From a virus: a stretch of 64,000 nt of DNA. Shown piece after piece: positions 55,586 to 63,831 of the stretch. The stretch spans positions 5,893 through 69,892 of IMG/VR virus record IMGVR_UViG_3300011258_000777. The stretch is one strand, 5' to 3'. The notes under the pieces were generated by a model. It was given only the letters and a program-made list of their open reading frames with translations, had not been told where the DNA came from and searched no databases. Numbering within the stretch: the stretch's first letter is position 1; the number at the start of each line of letters is the position of its first letter. Both the position numbers and the translations under genes were made by a program.

Positions 55586-56066
55586 CGAATAGTCCCTTGC
55601 GTGCTCTCTTGCATGTAGCAGAGATTTCAAATGTTTGGTTTACTTGACCGAACAATCTTCTTGCAGAAGATAAGCCCATAATCTCATAGTAGAGATCTCC
55701 ATAGAGAACAAAGTCTCCCTCGCGGACAAATAGATTTTGGTCTTCTGTAAGTCTGCGCTTGTGGAAGTGGACGGTGATCTTTGAGACATTATCCACTCCC
55801 ACTGAATCTAGATAAGAGGTGTTGTCCTCATCAAACTTAACCAGGGCATAAACCCTTACAGGTGGTAAATAGGTTTTCTCTACTGCCTCACCATAAAGTT
55901 CGTGAAAGTTTGTTGCTTCAAGATCGATAGGGTAGTAAAGGATCTGTTGTCCAATAACTTTCTCTACCAGTTCATCGTTGACTTGCTTTACAAGATCTCG
56001 TTCCTTCTTACCAAGAAAGAGTGGAGGAGGAGGTGATGCTGGTCTGGACCATTCGTTATCTGACAT
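55575..56066 (-). CDS. neck / head-closure protein (gp14-like)
   Basis: GQQILYY, LYGEA, REGDFV..G..YEI; position in the head-tail module. Confidence 0.7.
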   Translation of the reverse strand: MSDNEWSRPASPPPPLFLGKKERDLVKQVNDELVEKVIGQQILYYPIDLEATNFHELYGEAVEKTYLPPVRVYALVKFDEDNTSYLDSVGVDNVSKITVHFHKRRLTEDQNLFVREGDFVLYGDLYYEIMGLSSARRLFGQVNQTFEISATCKRARKGLFDAT

Positions 56067-56070
56067 TTAA

Positions 56071-57348
56071 TTATCCTACAAAGATGGGTAGCGGAGAGCG
56101 ACGAAGAGTTTCTTCTGCTGCCGTGACCTTCTCTTGCTCTTTCTTGGAGAGTTCTGTGTATTCGATCTCTTTCAACATGTCTGTTAGTTTCTGTCGGAGA
56201 TCATCTTTTTCTTTTTGTGCCTCGGATAGAAGTGCAGAGTAGTTTAGGGTGACGGACTCGCCTGGAATTGGAACTGTCTGGAACTTACCACGAATCTGTC
56301 CTAGCATCTCCTTACAGAGAGCGAGAGCATAGTTGCGAATCCATTGCTTACCCATAGAGTTGATGTTCTCGTAGGGGATGTTGTCGAATGGTAATGTGTT
56401 GATGTTGTTAACGCCTTCGACGCCAGTGTTTACATCACCAGTCTCGCCCCAAGAGTTATCGGCTACGCGGAAGCGGACCCAGATACGGTCGAGGTAGCCA
56501 GCAAAGTTATCGTGTCCGCGCGGCGTTGGGTAAAGTCTAAGTTTGTTGTCGAGAATCTCAAATGAGTAATGAGAGGTTCTTGTGTAAAGAGCATCTTCAT
56601 ACATTATTGCTTGTAGTTTGTTCTGCCAAGTTGGAATAATCTCAAAAGATGAGTCGTCAGCATACTGTCCGTAGGTGGAGGCATTGCCTGCGACACCGAT
56701 GCCCCCGTAGTAGCCATAGAAGCGCCACATAGCGAGTGGAGAGCGATAAAAAACTTTATCGATTATGACTCTGGAGTCTCCAACTTTTCCAGCATAAGGC
56801 ACAGCATTGCCGTCATCGTCTAGTCCTGTTGCGGACGCACCAGAGATGATAGATTGAAGATCGTAATCCTGTTGGTTTTTGACCGTTGTGAATGAGGCGG
56901 AATAGATCGGGGTTGTTCCACCGAATCCAGCCATTGTTGCTACAGCGTCTCCTATCTTGTTTGCGTAAGATAGAGTAATTTTGGAATACTGTAGGTTAGT
57001 TCCGGCTGGACCAGACAAGGAATCACCTTTGTGATCGAATGTGCCTGTGGTCTTGCCGAGAGCATCGGGCAGAATGTTTTTGCCTTGATGCATGTTGAGG
57101 ATGTAAGAATACTCTAGAACTGCTTCTTCGTAGGCAGCATAGACGTTTGAGTCTGTTAGTTCAATGTCTACAACATCGCCACCTAATCTTTTGTAAACAA
57201 AGTCTACTTGTTTTGCTGCGCCGCTTAAGAAGTAATCTGAACTATTGTAGACTCCAAAAGGGACGGCGGCTGCTACATCACCGGCTGTTCCGGTCTGTGA
57301 GAGAATGATAGCGCTTGTTTGTGAGATGGGTTGTAAGTTTGTAGGCAT
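56071..57348 (-). CDS. neck / adaptor protein (gp13-like)
   Basis: RLGGDVVDIEL, WIRNYALALCKEMLG.IRGKF...PG..VTLN...L..EA. Confidence 0.8.
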   Translation of the reverse strand: MPTNLQPISQTSAIILSQTGTAGDVAAAVPFGVYNSSDYFLSGAAKQVDFVYKRLGGDVVDIELTDSNVYAAYEEAVLEYSYILNMHQGKNILPDALGKTTGTFDHKGDSLSGPAGTNLQYSKITLSYANKIGDAVATMAGFGGTTPIYSASFTTVKNQQDYDLQSIISGASATGLDDDGNAVPYAGKVGDSRVIIDKVFYRSPLAMWRFYGYYGGIGVAGNASTYGQYADDSSFEIIPTWQNKLQAIMYEDALYTRTSHYSFEILDNKLRLYPTPRGHDNFAGYLDRIWVRFRVADNSWGETGDVNTGVEGVNNINTLPFDNIPYENINSMGKQWIRNYALALCKEMLGQIRGKFQTVPIPGESVTLNYSALLSEAQKEKDDLRQKLTDMLKEIEYTELSKKEQEKVTAAEETLRRSPLPIFVG

Positions 57349-57370
57349 TCATAGAGCCTCCTGTTCGTAG

Positions 57371-57377
57371 TAAATAG
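57371..57377 (-). promoter_or_regulatory. CTATTTA putative late-promoter motif upstream of the neck gene
   Basis: CACTATTTACT just after the capsid terminator, before AGGAGG. Confidence 0.65.
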
Positions 57378-57390
57378 TGAGGGCATAAAC

Positions 57391-57418
57391 AAAAACCCCC
57401 TGCCGAAGCAGGGGGTTT
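57391..57418 (-). terminator. UUCG-loop terminator after the major capsid gene
   Basis: AAACCCCCTGC-TTCG-GCAGGGGGTTT followed by TTGTTT. Confidence 0.85.
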
Positions 57419-57439
57419 AGGTTTTAGGTCAAGCTGCTA

Positions 57440-59227
57440 TCAAGCGCCAGACTCACCTAGGAGACCACGGACGACAACTAGACCGTACATATCTGGACGG
57501 ACCATCTGCTTCGCGTAGCGGGTCATAACACCCTTACGCGGAACGAAGTCTTCCGGTCCAAAGATGGTGGGAGTGGTCTGTAGCGGCACGTAAGGTGCGT
57601 AGACATAACCAGACTCTAGGAAGCTAGAACCACGGCGACCGATTAGAATCACGTTGCGGAGGAAGTAGGGGTCAACGATGACATCAAACTTCTTGCTTAG
57701 TGAGCCGACCTTGAGAGCGCCGATAGAGCCCTTCTCATCGTCGTGAGTTACAGAGGCACGGAAGCCAGCGGTGAACTCAAGGATGTTGGCAACCTCGGGT
57801 CCGCAGACCACGAAGTTAGCACCACCACGGAGAGTCTTGCGATGGATCTGAGCAGACACGTCGTTTACTGTCTCGACGAGAGTCTCGTACCACTCGCTGA
57901 CGGTGCCGGTGAAGTCGGGAGCCTTAGTAGAAGCACCGATTTCGTTACCGTTAGAGTCAACGAAGAGACCCGGAGCGCGTGACCAGTAGCGAGTGCCGGC
58001 GGTGGCACCGTTTACGAGGTCAGCGAGGATCTCACGGTCGATCTCAAGGGCAATCTGCTCAGAGAGAAGACTGGTAAGCTCAACCTCGGCGTCGAGGTTG
58101 TGGTAGGCGTTGAGGTCCTGACCGAGTTCGGGGGTCCACTTAGCCTTGAGCTTCTTGGTCTGAGCGGTAACCGCGATAGAATCGACCTTGATGTCGATCT
58201 CGGGGATGTTAGCAGAGCCTTCGAGACCCCACTCAACACCACCGCGAACAGCACCTAGGTCGGTGTTGGCACCAGCCTGGAATCTATCTACGATTGGCTG
58301 CTCAAAGCCTAGGTTTACAGTTGCGCCGCCAGCTAGGGCAGGAGCACCAGCAGTTGGGGTAGCGTTAACTGAAGTTACGAAGTAGAACTGTAAGTTGCCA
58401 TCGGTAGCACCCGTGATCTGAGTCAATCTACGAATCTGCTGAGTATCGCTAGAGGCAACTGTGATGCCAAGGCAACTGTTAAGATCAGAGATCGAAGCTG
58501 TAACAGCAGATAGGTTGTTGTAATCTAGATCGGTATCTAGATCGGCTTGGCGGGCGTCAACGCGGATAACCCAACGTGCATCACCAGAAGAGGTGAGAGA
58601 TAGAACGTCAGGGTCGTAGACGAGGCTCTTAAGTTGAGCATCGCTTGCGCCAGAGAGACCGAAAGATGTGAAGCTCAAAGAAGAAGCTGTCACAGGGACG
58701 GAAGAAGTTGGACTAGCGTAAGCGTAACCACGAGCAGAGGTTCTTGGACCAGAAAGGTCACCACCAAAGCCGCCAACAAGGTTGACGCCGCCTGTGATTT
58801 GTGAGCCAACTTTGTCTGTGCCGTAGATAGAGTCGCCCGCGGCGTTACCTGTACGACCTGCTATGGTGCCATCTGAACCGATATCACCAGAGAAGGTGAA
58901 GTCGAGGAAGAAGATGAGACCAGAGGGGAGGCTCATGGGCTGAACGCTGACGAGGTCGTTGGCGATGAGACCAGCGAAGACGCGGCGAACGATGGGGAAA
59001 GCGACGGCTGCGAAGCCTTCGACATCACCAGAAGCCATAGAGGTGCTCTCACGGAGAAGCTCCTTGGCTTGGTTCTCAAGTAGACGAGCCATAGAGTTTT
59101 GCTTGCGCTCAGTCTCGATGCCCTCTAGAAGACCAGTTTTCTTCCACTTAGATAGAAGAGCGTGGGACTCGGCACGCATATCACGGTTGACTACACCCTC
59201 GGTGAGTCTTTGTACAATACTAGACAT
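57440..59227 (-). CDS. gp23: major capsid protein (T4 gp23-like)
   Basis: LLENQ, PIVRRVF..LIA.DLVSVQPM..PSGLIF, KLKAKWT.ELGQDL.AYH..DAE.EL, YAPYVPL, GVMTRYA. Confidence 0.97.
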   Translation of the reverse strand: MSSIVQRLTEGVVNRDMRAESHALLSKWKKTGLLEGIETERKQNSMARLLENQAKELLRESTSMASGDVEGFAAVAFPIVRRVFAGLIANDLVSVQPMSLPSGLIFFLDFTFSGDIGSDGTIAGRTGNAAGDSIYGTDKVGSQITGGVNLVGGFGGDLSGPRTSARGYAYASPTSSVPVTASSLSFTSFGLSGASDAQLKSLVYDPDVLSLTSSGDARWVIRVDARQADLDTDLDYNNLSAVTASISDLNSCLGITVASSDTQQIRRLTQITGATDGNLQFYFVTSVNATPTAGAPALAGGATVNLGFEQPIVDRFQAGANTDLGAVRGGVEWGLEGSANIPEIDIKVDSIAVTAQTKKLKAKWTPELGQDLNAYHNLDAEVELTSLLSEQIALEIDREILADLVNGATAGTRYWSRAPGLFVDSNGNEIGASTKAPDFTGTVSEWYETLVETVNDVSAQIHRKTLRGGANFVVCGPEVANILEFTAGFRASVTHDDEKGSIGALKVGSLSKKFDVIVDPYFLRNVILIGRRGSSFLESGYVYAPYVPLQTTPTIFGPEDFVPRKGVMTRYAKQMVRPDMYGLVVVRGLLGESGA

Positions 59228-59253
59228 AATTATAAATCCTCCTTAAATTTGAT

Positions 59254-60408
59254 TTAATTGATACCTGCTAGTTTACGCATTCTCGTTGTAAACGGATCAG
59301 CCTTTGGCTCTTCCTTACGAGATGCACGGATAATGGAAGTTGGACGGTTGATAGCTTCGCTTAGTGATTGTGGTCTGCTCTTAGGAGCAGCCGACACTGT
59401 GCTTTGAAGTGTCTCGTGGATTGTCCTTGCTTCCTCAACCGAACCAGCTTTAGAAATCGCTTCGACAATTGTTTGTTTTTGTCGCTCATTCAGGGAGGTA
59501 TTTCCTAGCGTGCGGTTGGTGTAAAGGAGTCGTGCATTACTAAGATTTACATCCTGCACATTCTCCTTAAGTGATCCTACTACCTGTTGGTAGTTGGAAA
59601 GTGTTTCTTTTAATTTCTTGTTCTCGAAGACTAGTTCTTCTTGCGCTTGCTTTAGCGCATCTAGTTCTTCTTCCATGTCGGTGCTGCGGCGTTTCGCCAA
59701 CTCAAGCTCCATCTGGTGTTTGGTGTCCTCAGAGGAACGACCTGCCCAACCAGAGAGCGAAGCACCCATGTCTACGGTAAGTTTTTCTACGATTGCATCG
59801 AGGAGATCGTCGGAGAGTTCTTCGTAAAGTTCTTCGTCTTCACCCTCTTCCATAACTTCTTCTTCCTCTTCGGCTTCTTCAAGACCAGCCATTTGCATCT
59901 GATCGGCGTCAGCCTCTTCTTCTGCGGCAGAAGGATCATCGGAGAGCATAGAAGCAACCATTTCCATAATGGAGTCTTCATCAAGTTCCAACTCTTCATC
60001 CATTGGCTCTTCTTCTTTCTCTTCTTCCTCGTCTAGAGTCTCTTCTTCTTCAACGCCTTCGCGAAGTTCCTTGAGAGCTTCAGCAAGCTCTGCAAAGTCG
60101 ATTGTTACTTGGGCGTCGTCGCCCTCGTTTACTCCACCTAGTTCTGCGACATCTTCTGTAAAGGCATCAGGGACGCCCTCAGCGATTTCGTCTTTCTCGA
60201 CTTCTTCGTCCATTGTGGCTTCAGCGTCGGGAGAAGGTGCATCTTCTCCACCGAGAAGAGCATCAAGCTCATCCTGCTCCAATAGCTGGTTGAGGGTTGA
60301 CTTGACTTCTTCTGAATACTTGTCTATGATTGTGGCTTCCGCATTTTTCATTGCGGCTTCCTTCAACGCCTTGGCGTCTACGATTGCTTGTTCTAATAAC
60401 GAGGACAT
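59254..60408 (-). CDS. prohead core / scaffold protein
   Basis: Acidic coiled-coil directly upstream of the capsid gene; many L-x-E sites; NLSNARLLY.N; ends RMRKLAGIN. Confidence 0.8.
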   Translation of the reverse strand: MSSLLEQAIVDAKALKEAAMKNAEATIIDKYSEEVKSTLNQLLEQDELDALLGGEDAPSPDAEATMDEEVEKDEIAEGVPDAFTEDVAELGGVNEGDDAQVTIDFAELAEALKELREGVEEEETLDEEEEKEEEPMDEELELDEDSIMEMVASMLSDDPSAAEEEADADQMQMAGLEEAEEEEEVMEEGEDEELYEELSDDLLDAIVEKLTVDMGASLSGWAGRSSEDTKHQMELELAKRRSTDMEEELDALKQAQEELVFENKKLKETLSNYQQVVGSLKENVQDVNLSNARLLYTNRTLGNTSLNERQKQTIVEAISKAGSVEEARTIHETLQSTVSAAPKSRPQSLSEAINRPTSIIRASRKEEPKADPFTTRMRKLAGIN

Positions 60409-60441
60409 TAACAAAAACTCCTATGATGATGGTTTTCAAAT

Positions 60442-60448
60442 TAAATAG
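60442..60448 (-). promoter_or_regulatory. CTATTTA putative late-promoter motif upstream of the scaffold-capsid operon
   Basis: TACTATTTAAT in the intergenic region. Confidence 0.65.
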
Positions 60449-60514
60449 TAACTGTAACTAGTAAAAGACATCGTTTTTAACTAAACGACATCAATAGAGC
60501 AGATTTTATGTTAT

Positions 60515-60727
60515 CTATTCTGTTGCTAGGAACTCAACAACTTCAAATAGACCCAACTGTTGTAAGTGTGTTTCTAAAACTGGAGTCTGTCCGTTGGAGA
60601 TTCGCTCTAGAATTTCAGCTTTCACGCTATCCCAGACTGCTTTGTTCCACTCTGTTCTGACGAGTAACACCTCTTCACTTTCACTAATCGCTTCAGATTT
60701 TTCTATGTTCTTGTTGTTTATTGTCAT
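60515..60727 (-). CDS. hypothetical protein
   Basis: Start reassigned to ATG 60727 (ATGA overlap with the upstream gene). Confidence 0.5.
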   Translation of the reverse strand: MTINNKNIEKSEAISESEEVLLVRTEWNKAVWDSVKAEILERISNGQTPVLETHLQQLGLFEVVEFLATE

Positions 60728-61476
60728 GGTCTGTTTCCTTCTGGTCCTATGGGAGTCTTCAAAACTCGATAAAAAGCAGACCAAACATTTGTCTGACCGT
60801 TGCTTATGACGCGCGTTGAGGTAGCGCCTATGTTAATCTGCATGTAAAGAGTCCCAGTGTAATCTACCAAAGCTCTTTGGTTGATTCCAGATTCAGTTCC
60901 ATCTGTCTTGATAGCCCAGCCGGTTGCGTAGCCTCCATTTCCCTTAACCAAACCACAGCGCCCATAGCCGTATTGATTATCTGTGTTAAAATTAGTAAGA
61001 GGGCTGGCGCTGGTTCTGATCTGTCCTATGTAATTATAACTATTATTCTGGTCTGATGACCAATATAATCCACTCATTTTACTCGTGTTGTTGCTAGTGT
61101 TGGTTGGATCCTCAGAGATCCCAAGAGAAAATTGAGTCCTCGCTGAGCCTATTACTCTAGGGGTGTCTACCCACATTTCAATCGTAGCGCCGGCATCGGC
61201 AACTTGTACCGCAGTTCCGTCTGCATAAGTGAGAGGTATATAATAGCGTAATCCATCAAAGGTCGCACCATCAATAGAATCACTAGTGCCAGCAGTAAAA
61301 GCGTTCCAAGTTACAGTCGTACTTGTTCCAAGGGTGGCAACTCCAGAGGTTCGCGCATTTCCGCCTGGGTCGCTGCTCGACCAAGTTCCGTCGCTTAGGT
61401 TGACGACACGCCAATCTGGAAAGCCGGCAGCCTGCCCAAGAACCCAAGTCCCATTTACCAAACTTAGATTCGACAT
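60724..61476 (-). CDS. putative virion protein (beta-rich, G/S/T/N-rich)
   Basis: Composition and coupling to the fibre-like gene. Confidence 0.55.
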   Translation of the reverse strand: MSNLSLVNGTWVLGQAAGFPDWRVVNLSDGTWSSSDPGGNARTSGVATLGTSTTVTWNAFTAGTSDSIDGATFDGLRYYIPLTYADGTAVQVADAGATIEMWVDTPRVIGSARTQFSLGISEDPTNTSNNTSKMSGLYWSSDQNNSYNYIGQIRTSASPLTNFNTDNQYGYGRCGLVKGNGGYATGWAIKTDGTESGINQRALVDYTGTLYMQINIGATSTRVISNGQTNVWSAFYRVLKTPIGPEGNRP

Positions 61477-62573
61477 CAGTTTGTCCCTATTATGTAAAAG
61501 GAAGACACACCATCTGATGCAATTGTTACTGAGCCATAATTTAATTCTATCTTGACTCCAGTGCTACTTCCATCAATTGTTTGAGAGCCAGATGGTTCTA
61601 TAACAAGATTGTTAACAGAAGCGCTCCCTGCTATGTCCTTGAACGTAATGGCTTGTGCTACGTCATAATTGTTAGCTGCACTCAGAGATGCTGTGACGAC
61701 AGAGCCAGATGTGCTAATCGCAGCAATGCTCTGTTGTGGGGTTACATTAAAACTAGCTGTAAAGGAATTAAAGCCGATCTTGCTTACACCAGTTAAGCCT
61801 AGCCCACTACCGTAATAAATTGACGATGAAACATGAGACGATGCTGAAATTTGCGTTGTTGTTAATGTGTTGGTGGTAGAATTAAAAGTTAAATTAGAAG
61901 AAGCTCCGAGATCGCCAGAATCGTTAAACTGAATCTGTTCATCGGCTCCAGCCACTACTGGAATTGTAATCTTTCCATCAATGTAATTATAAATTTGTAG
62001 GGCGGTGGCTTTCTTGTTGCCGCTCTGATCGACTATGAATAAGTCAGTATTATTCAAGGCTCCTGCATCTGCAAGACCAGAGGCAGCAACCTTAATTCCT
62101 GAGTTGGCTCTGGAAAGACCTGGGTTACTATCTAATTTCACTCTTATGTTATTAGAGTCATCCTCTAGCCCTTGACCAAGGTTTATTTGACTTGCGTTTA
62201 GGGTTCCGTTAATGTTAGCGGGAGTCAGGTTGTAGATGTTCTGTCCCGAACCTGAAAGGAAGGAAGCAGATAGTGCGCCCACGATTGTTACATTTGTGCC
62301 GTCATAGGTAAAATTTCCATTACCACCTAGGGTGCTTGAGGTGTTGAATTGCACTGACCCATCGGCACCGCCGGGAGAAGCGCTGATTCCCGACAAGTTG
62401 GTTCCGTCTCCGTAATAAACAGAGGCAGACATGCCGGCTGAAGCTGTGACCATGTTGGAGAATGTCTTGGTGCCTCCGACTGTCTGATCAGCGTGATCGT
62501 TTATCATGTCCTCGATGTTTCCGAGATTTACGCCACTAAATTCAACATCGTCTTTTAAAATGTTATAAGCCAT
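61476..62573 (-). CDS. putative fibre / virion decoration protein
   Basis: Two G.DGSVQFN/G.DEQIQFN repeats, SAS/SGS-rich, YYGDG.NL; C-terminal QTIDG domain. Confidence 0.7.
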   Translation of the reverse strand: MAYNILKDDVEFSGVNLGNIEDMINDHADQTVGGTKTFSNMVTASAGMSASVYYGDGTNLSGISASPGGADGSVQFNTSSTLGGNGNFTYDGTNVTIVGALSASFLSGSGQNIYNLTPANINGTLNASQINLGQGLEDDSNNIRVKLDSNPGLSRANSGIKVAASGLADAGALNNTDLFIVDQSGNKKATALQIYNYIDGKITIPVVAGADEQIQFNDSGDLGASSNLTFNSTTNTLTTTQISASSHVSSSIYYGSGLGLTGVSKIGFNSFTASFNVTPQQSIAAISTSGSVVTASLSAANNYDVAQAITFKDIAGSASVNNLVIEPSGSQTIDGSSTGVKIELNYGSVTIASDGVSSFYIIGTN

Positions 62574-62609
62574 TTATAATCCTTTTTCTCAATAACTAGT
62601 TTTGTTTAC

Positions 62610-63713
62610 TTATTTCTTCAAATGCTTCGCAAGAGCATTCTCAATTAGATCAACATAGCCCTGGATGTTCTTGGGATTGTCGGGGTGAAACTCCCATAGC
62701 TTTTCTCTATCTCTCTCTCGCTGACTGAGGTAAGTTTCCTTGTGCGTCTCAATTGCGCGCTGTAGCTGTCGAGAGCCCTCTTTAGCATCCCATTCTGGAT
62801 AGTAGTAGCCGTGCTCTTTGAAGAATTCGGAGTTGTGGACGATGGGTGTTCCAAAGTACATAGCCTCAAGCTGTAAGTAATTCAATCCATTCATCCAGTG
62901 ATGACTAACGATTGTGCCTGCAAACTGCTTATGCAGAGCCCACACTAATTTGTAACGACCTTCAAAAGAGATCTTCTTATCTCTCTTGATGTTTAATTTA
63001 CTTACCATCGAGAGGAAGGTTTTGTGCTCTGCGAGCTTGAGAGACCCAAAGTTGTAGATGTCGTTTATCAACTCTGGCTTTCTGTTGTAAAGGTCTTCAG
63101 CTATGATGCAAGGAATCATGCAAGACTTTACAATGTTGAGGTTGGGCTCAAAGAAAGAGATGTTGTTTACATTTGTCGAAGGCTTGAAGAATGGATCAAC
63201 TTTGTGGTTTATGTAGGTGTGCGTAACAACGTCAGGGCTCCAAACATAGGGACACACATGCATCTCTGTTTTTTCTAGAATCTCCAATGCTGGGATTGAG
63301 AATTCAAAATGTGGAGAGCACCAGATTTCGTGAATGTCTTTCTTACCAATTCCACCGTTCTTGGGTTTAAATAACATGTTCTCAAGATCGATTAGGAGGC
63401 GGTTGCCGTACTGGATTCCGATTCTTACACCGCCACTCTTAAGAAGAGCATCTGCCGTGTTGTTCTCAAGAGCAAAGGCACACTCCATAATCATGTCGTA
63501 ATCTTTGATGTTCTCAGCAGTTAGGGGCAGGATGTCTTGGGTTATTAACTTCTTACCGTGATGCTTGTTTGACTCGGACACCAAGTTTACATCATAACCG
63601 GCACCCTGCAATAGTCTATAGAGGAACCAGACGTTCTGATTCAGTCCATTACCAAATAAATTCTCATCACATTTGGTTGTGATTCCAATCTTAACATTCT
63701 TGCTTATTTTCAT
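62610..63713 (-). CDS. GT-B glycosyltransferase-like protein (DUF2827-like)
   Basis: NGLNQN, WCSPH, PYVWSP, FEPN.NIVK, SHHW.NGLNY..LEA..GTP.VHNS; start reassigned to ATG 63713. Confidence 0.65.
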   Translation of the reverse strand: MKISKNVKIGITTKCDENLFGNGLNQNVWFLYRLLQGAGYDVNLVSESNKHHGKKLITQDILPLTAENIKDYDMIMECAFALENNTADALLKSGGVRIGIQYGNRLLIDLENMLFKPKNGGIGKKDIHEIWCSPHFEFSIPALEILEKTEMHVCPYVWSPDVVTHTYINHKVDPFFKPSTNVNNISFFEPNLNIVKSCMIPCIIAEDLYNRKPELINDIYNFGSLKLAEHKTFLSMVSKLNIKRDKKISFEGRYKLVWALHKQFAGTIVSHHWMNGLNYLQLEAMYFGTPIVHNSEFFKEHGYYYPEWDAKEGSRQLQRAIETHKETYLSQRERDREKLWEFHPDNPKNIQGYVDLIENALAKHLKK

Positions 63714-63740
63714 TCTTTTGTTCTCCAATGTAAGCACTCG

Positions 63741-63747
63741 TAAATAG
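63741..63747 (-). promoter_or_regulatory. CTATTTA putative late-promoter motif upstream of the glycosyltransferase-like gene
   Basis: TACTATTTACG between the terminator and the GGAG RBS. Confidence 0.6.
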
Positions 63748-63778
63748 TAGCACGAATCCGTTTGAGAACTAACAAAAT

Positions 63779-63811
63779 GAAAAGGGGGCACCCCCGAAGA
63801 GGTGCCCCCTT
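63779..63811 (-). terminator. UUCG-loop terminator
   Basis: AAGGGGGCACCTC-TTCG-GGGGTGCCCCCTT followed by TTCATTTT. Confidence 0.85.
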
Positions 63812-63831
63812 AGAATTAAACTAAGCAGTTA

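Noticed and set aside
1010-63278. Plus-strand ORFs and nested alternative-frame minus ORFs in the ORF track
   Set aside because: They lie opposite or inside well-supported genes, lack RBSs and motifs, and look like shadows, for example the Ser-rich antisense of acidic genes at 13926-14480 and 59969-60448.
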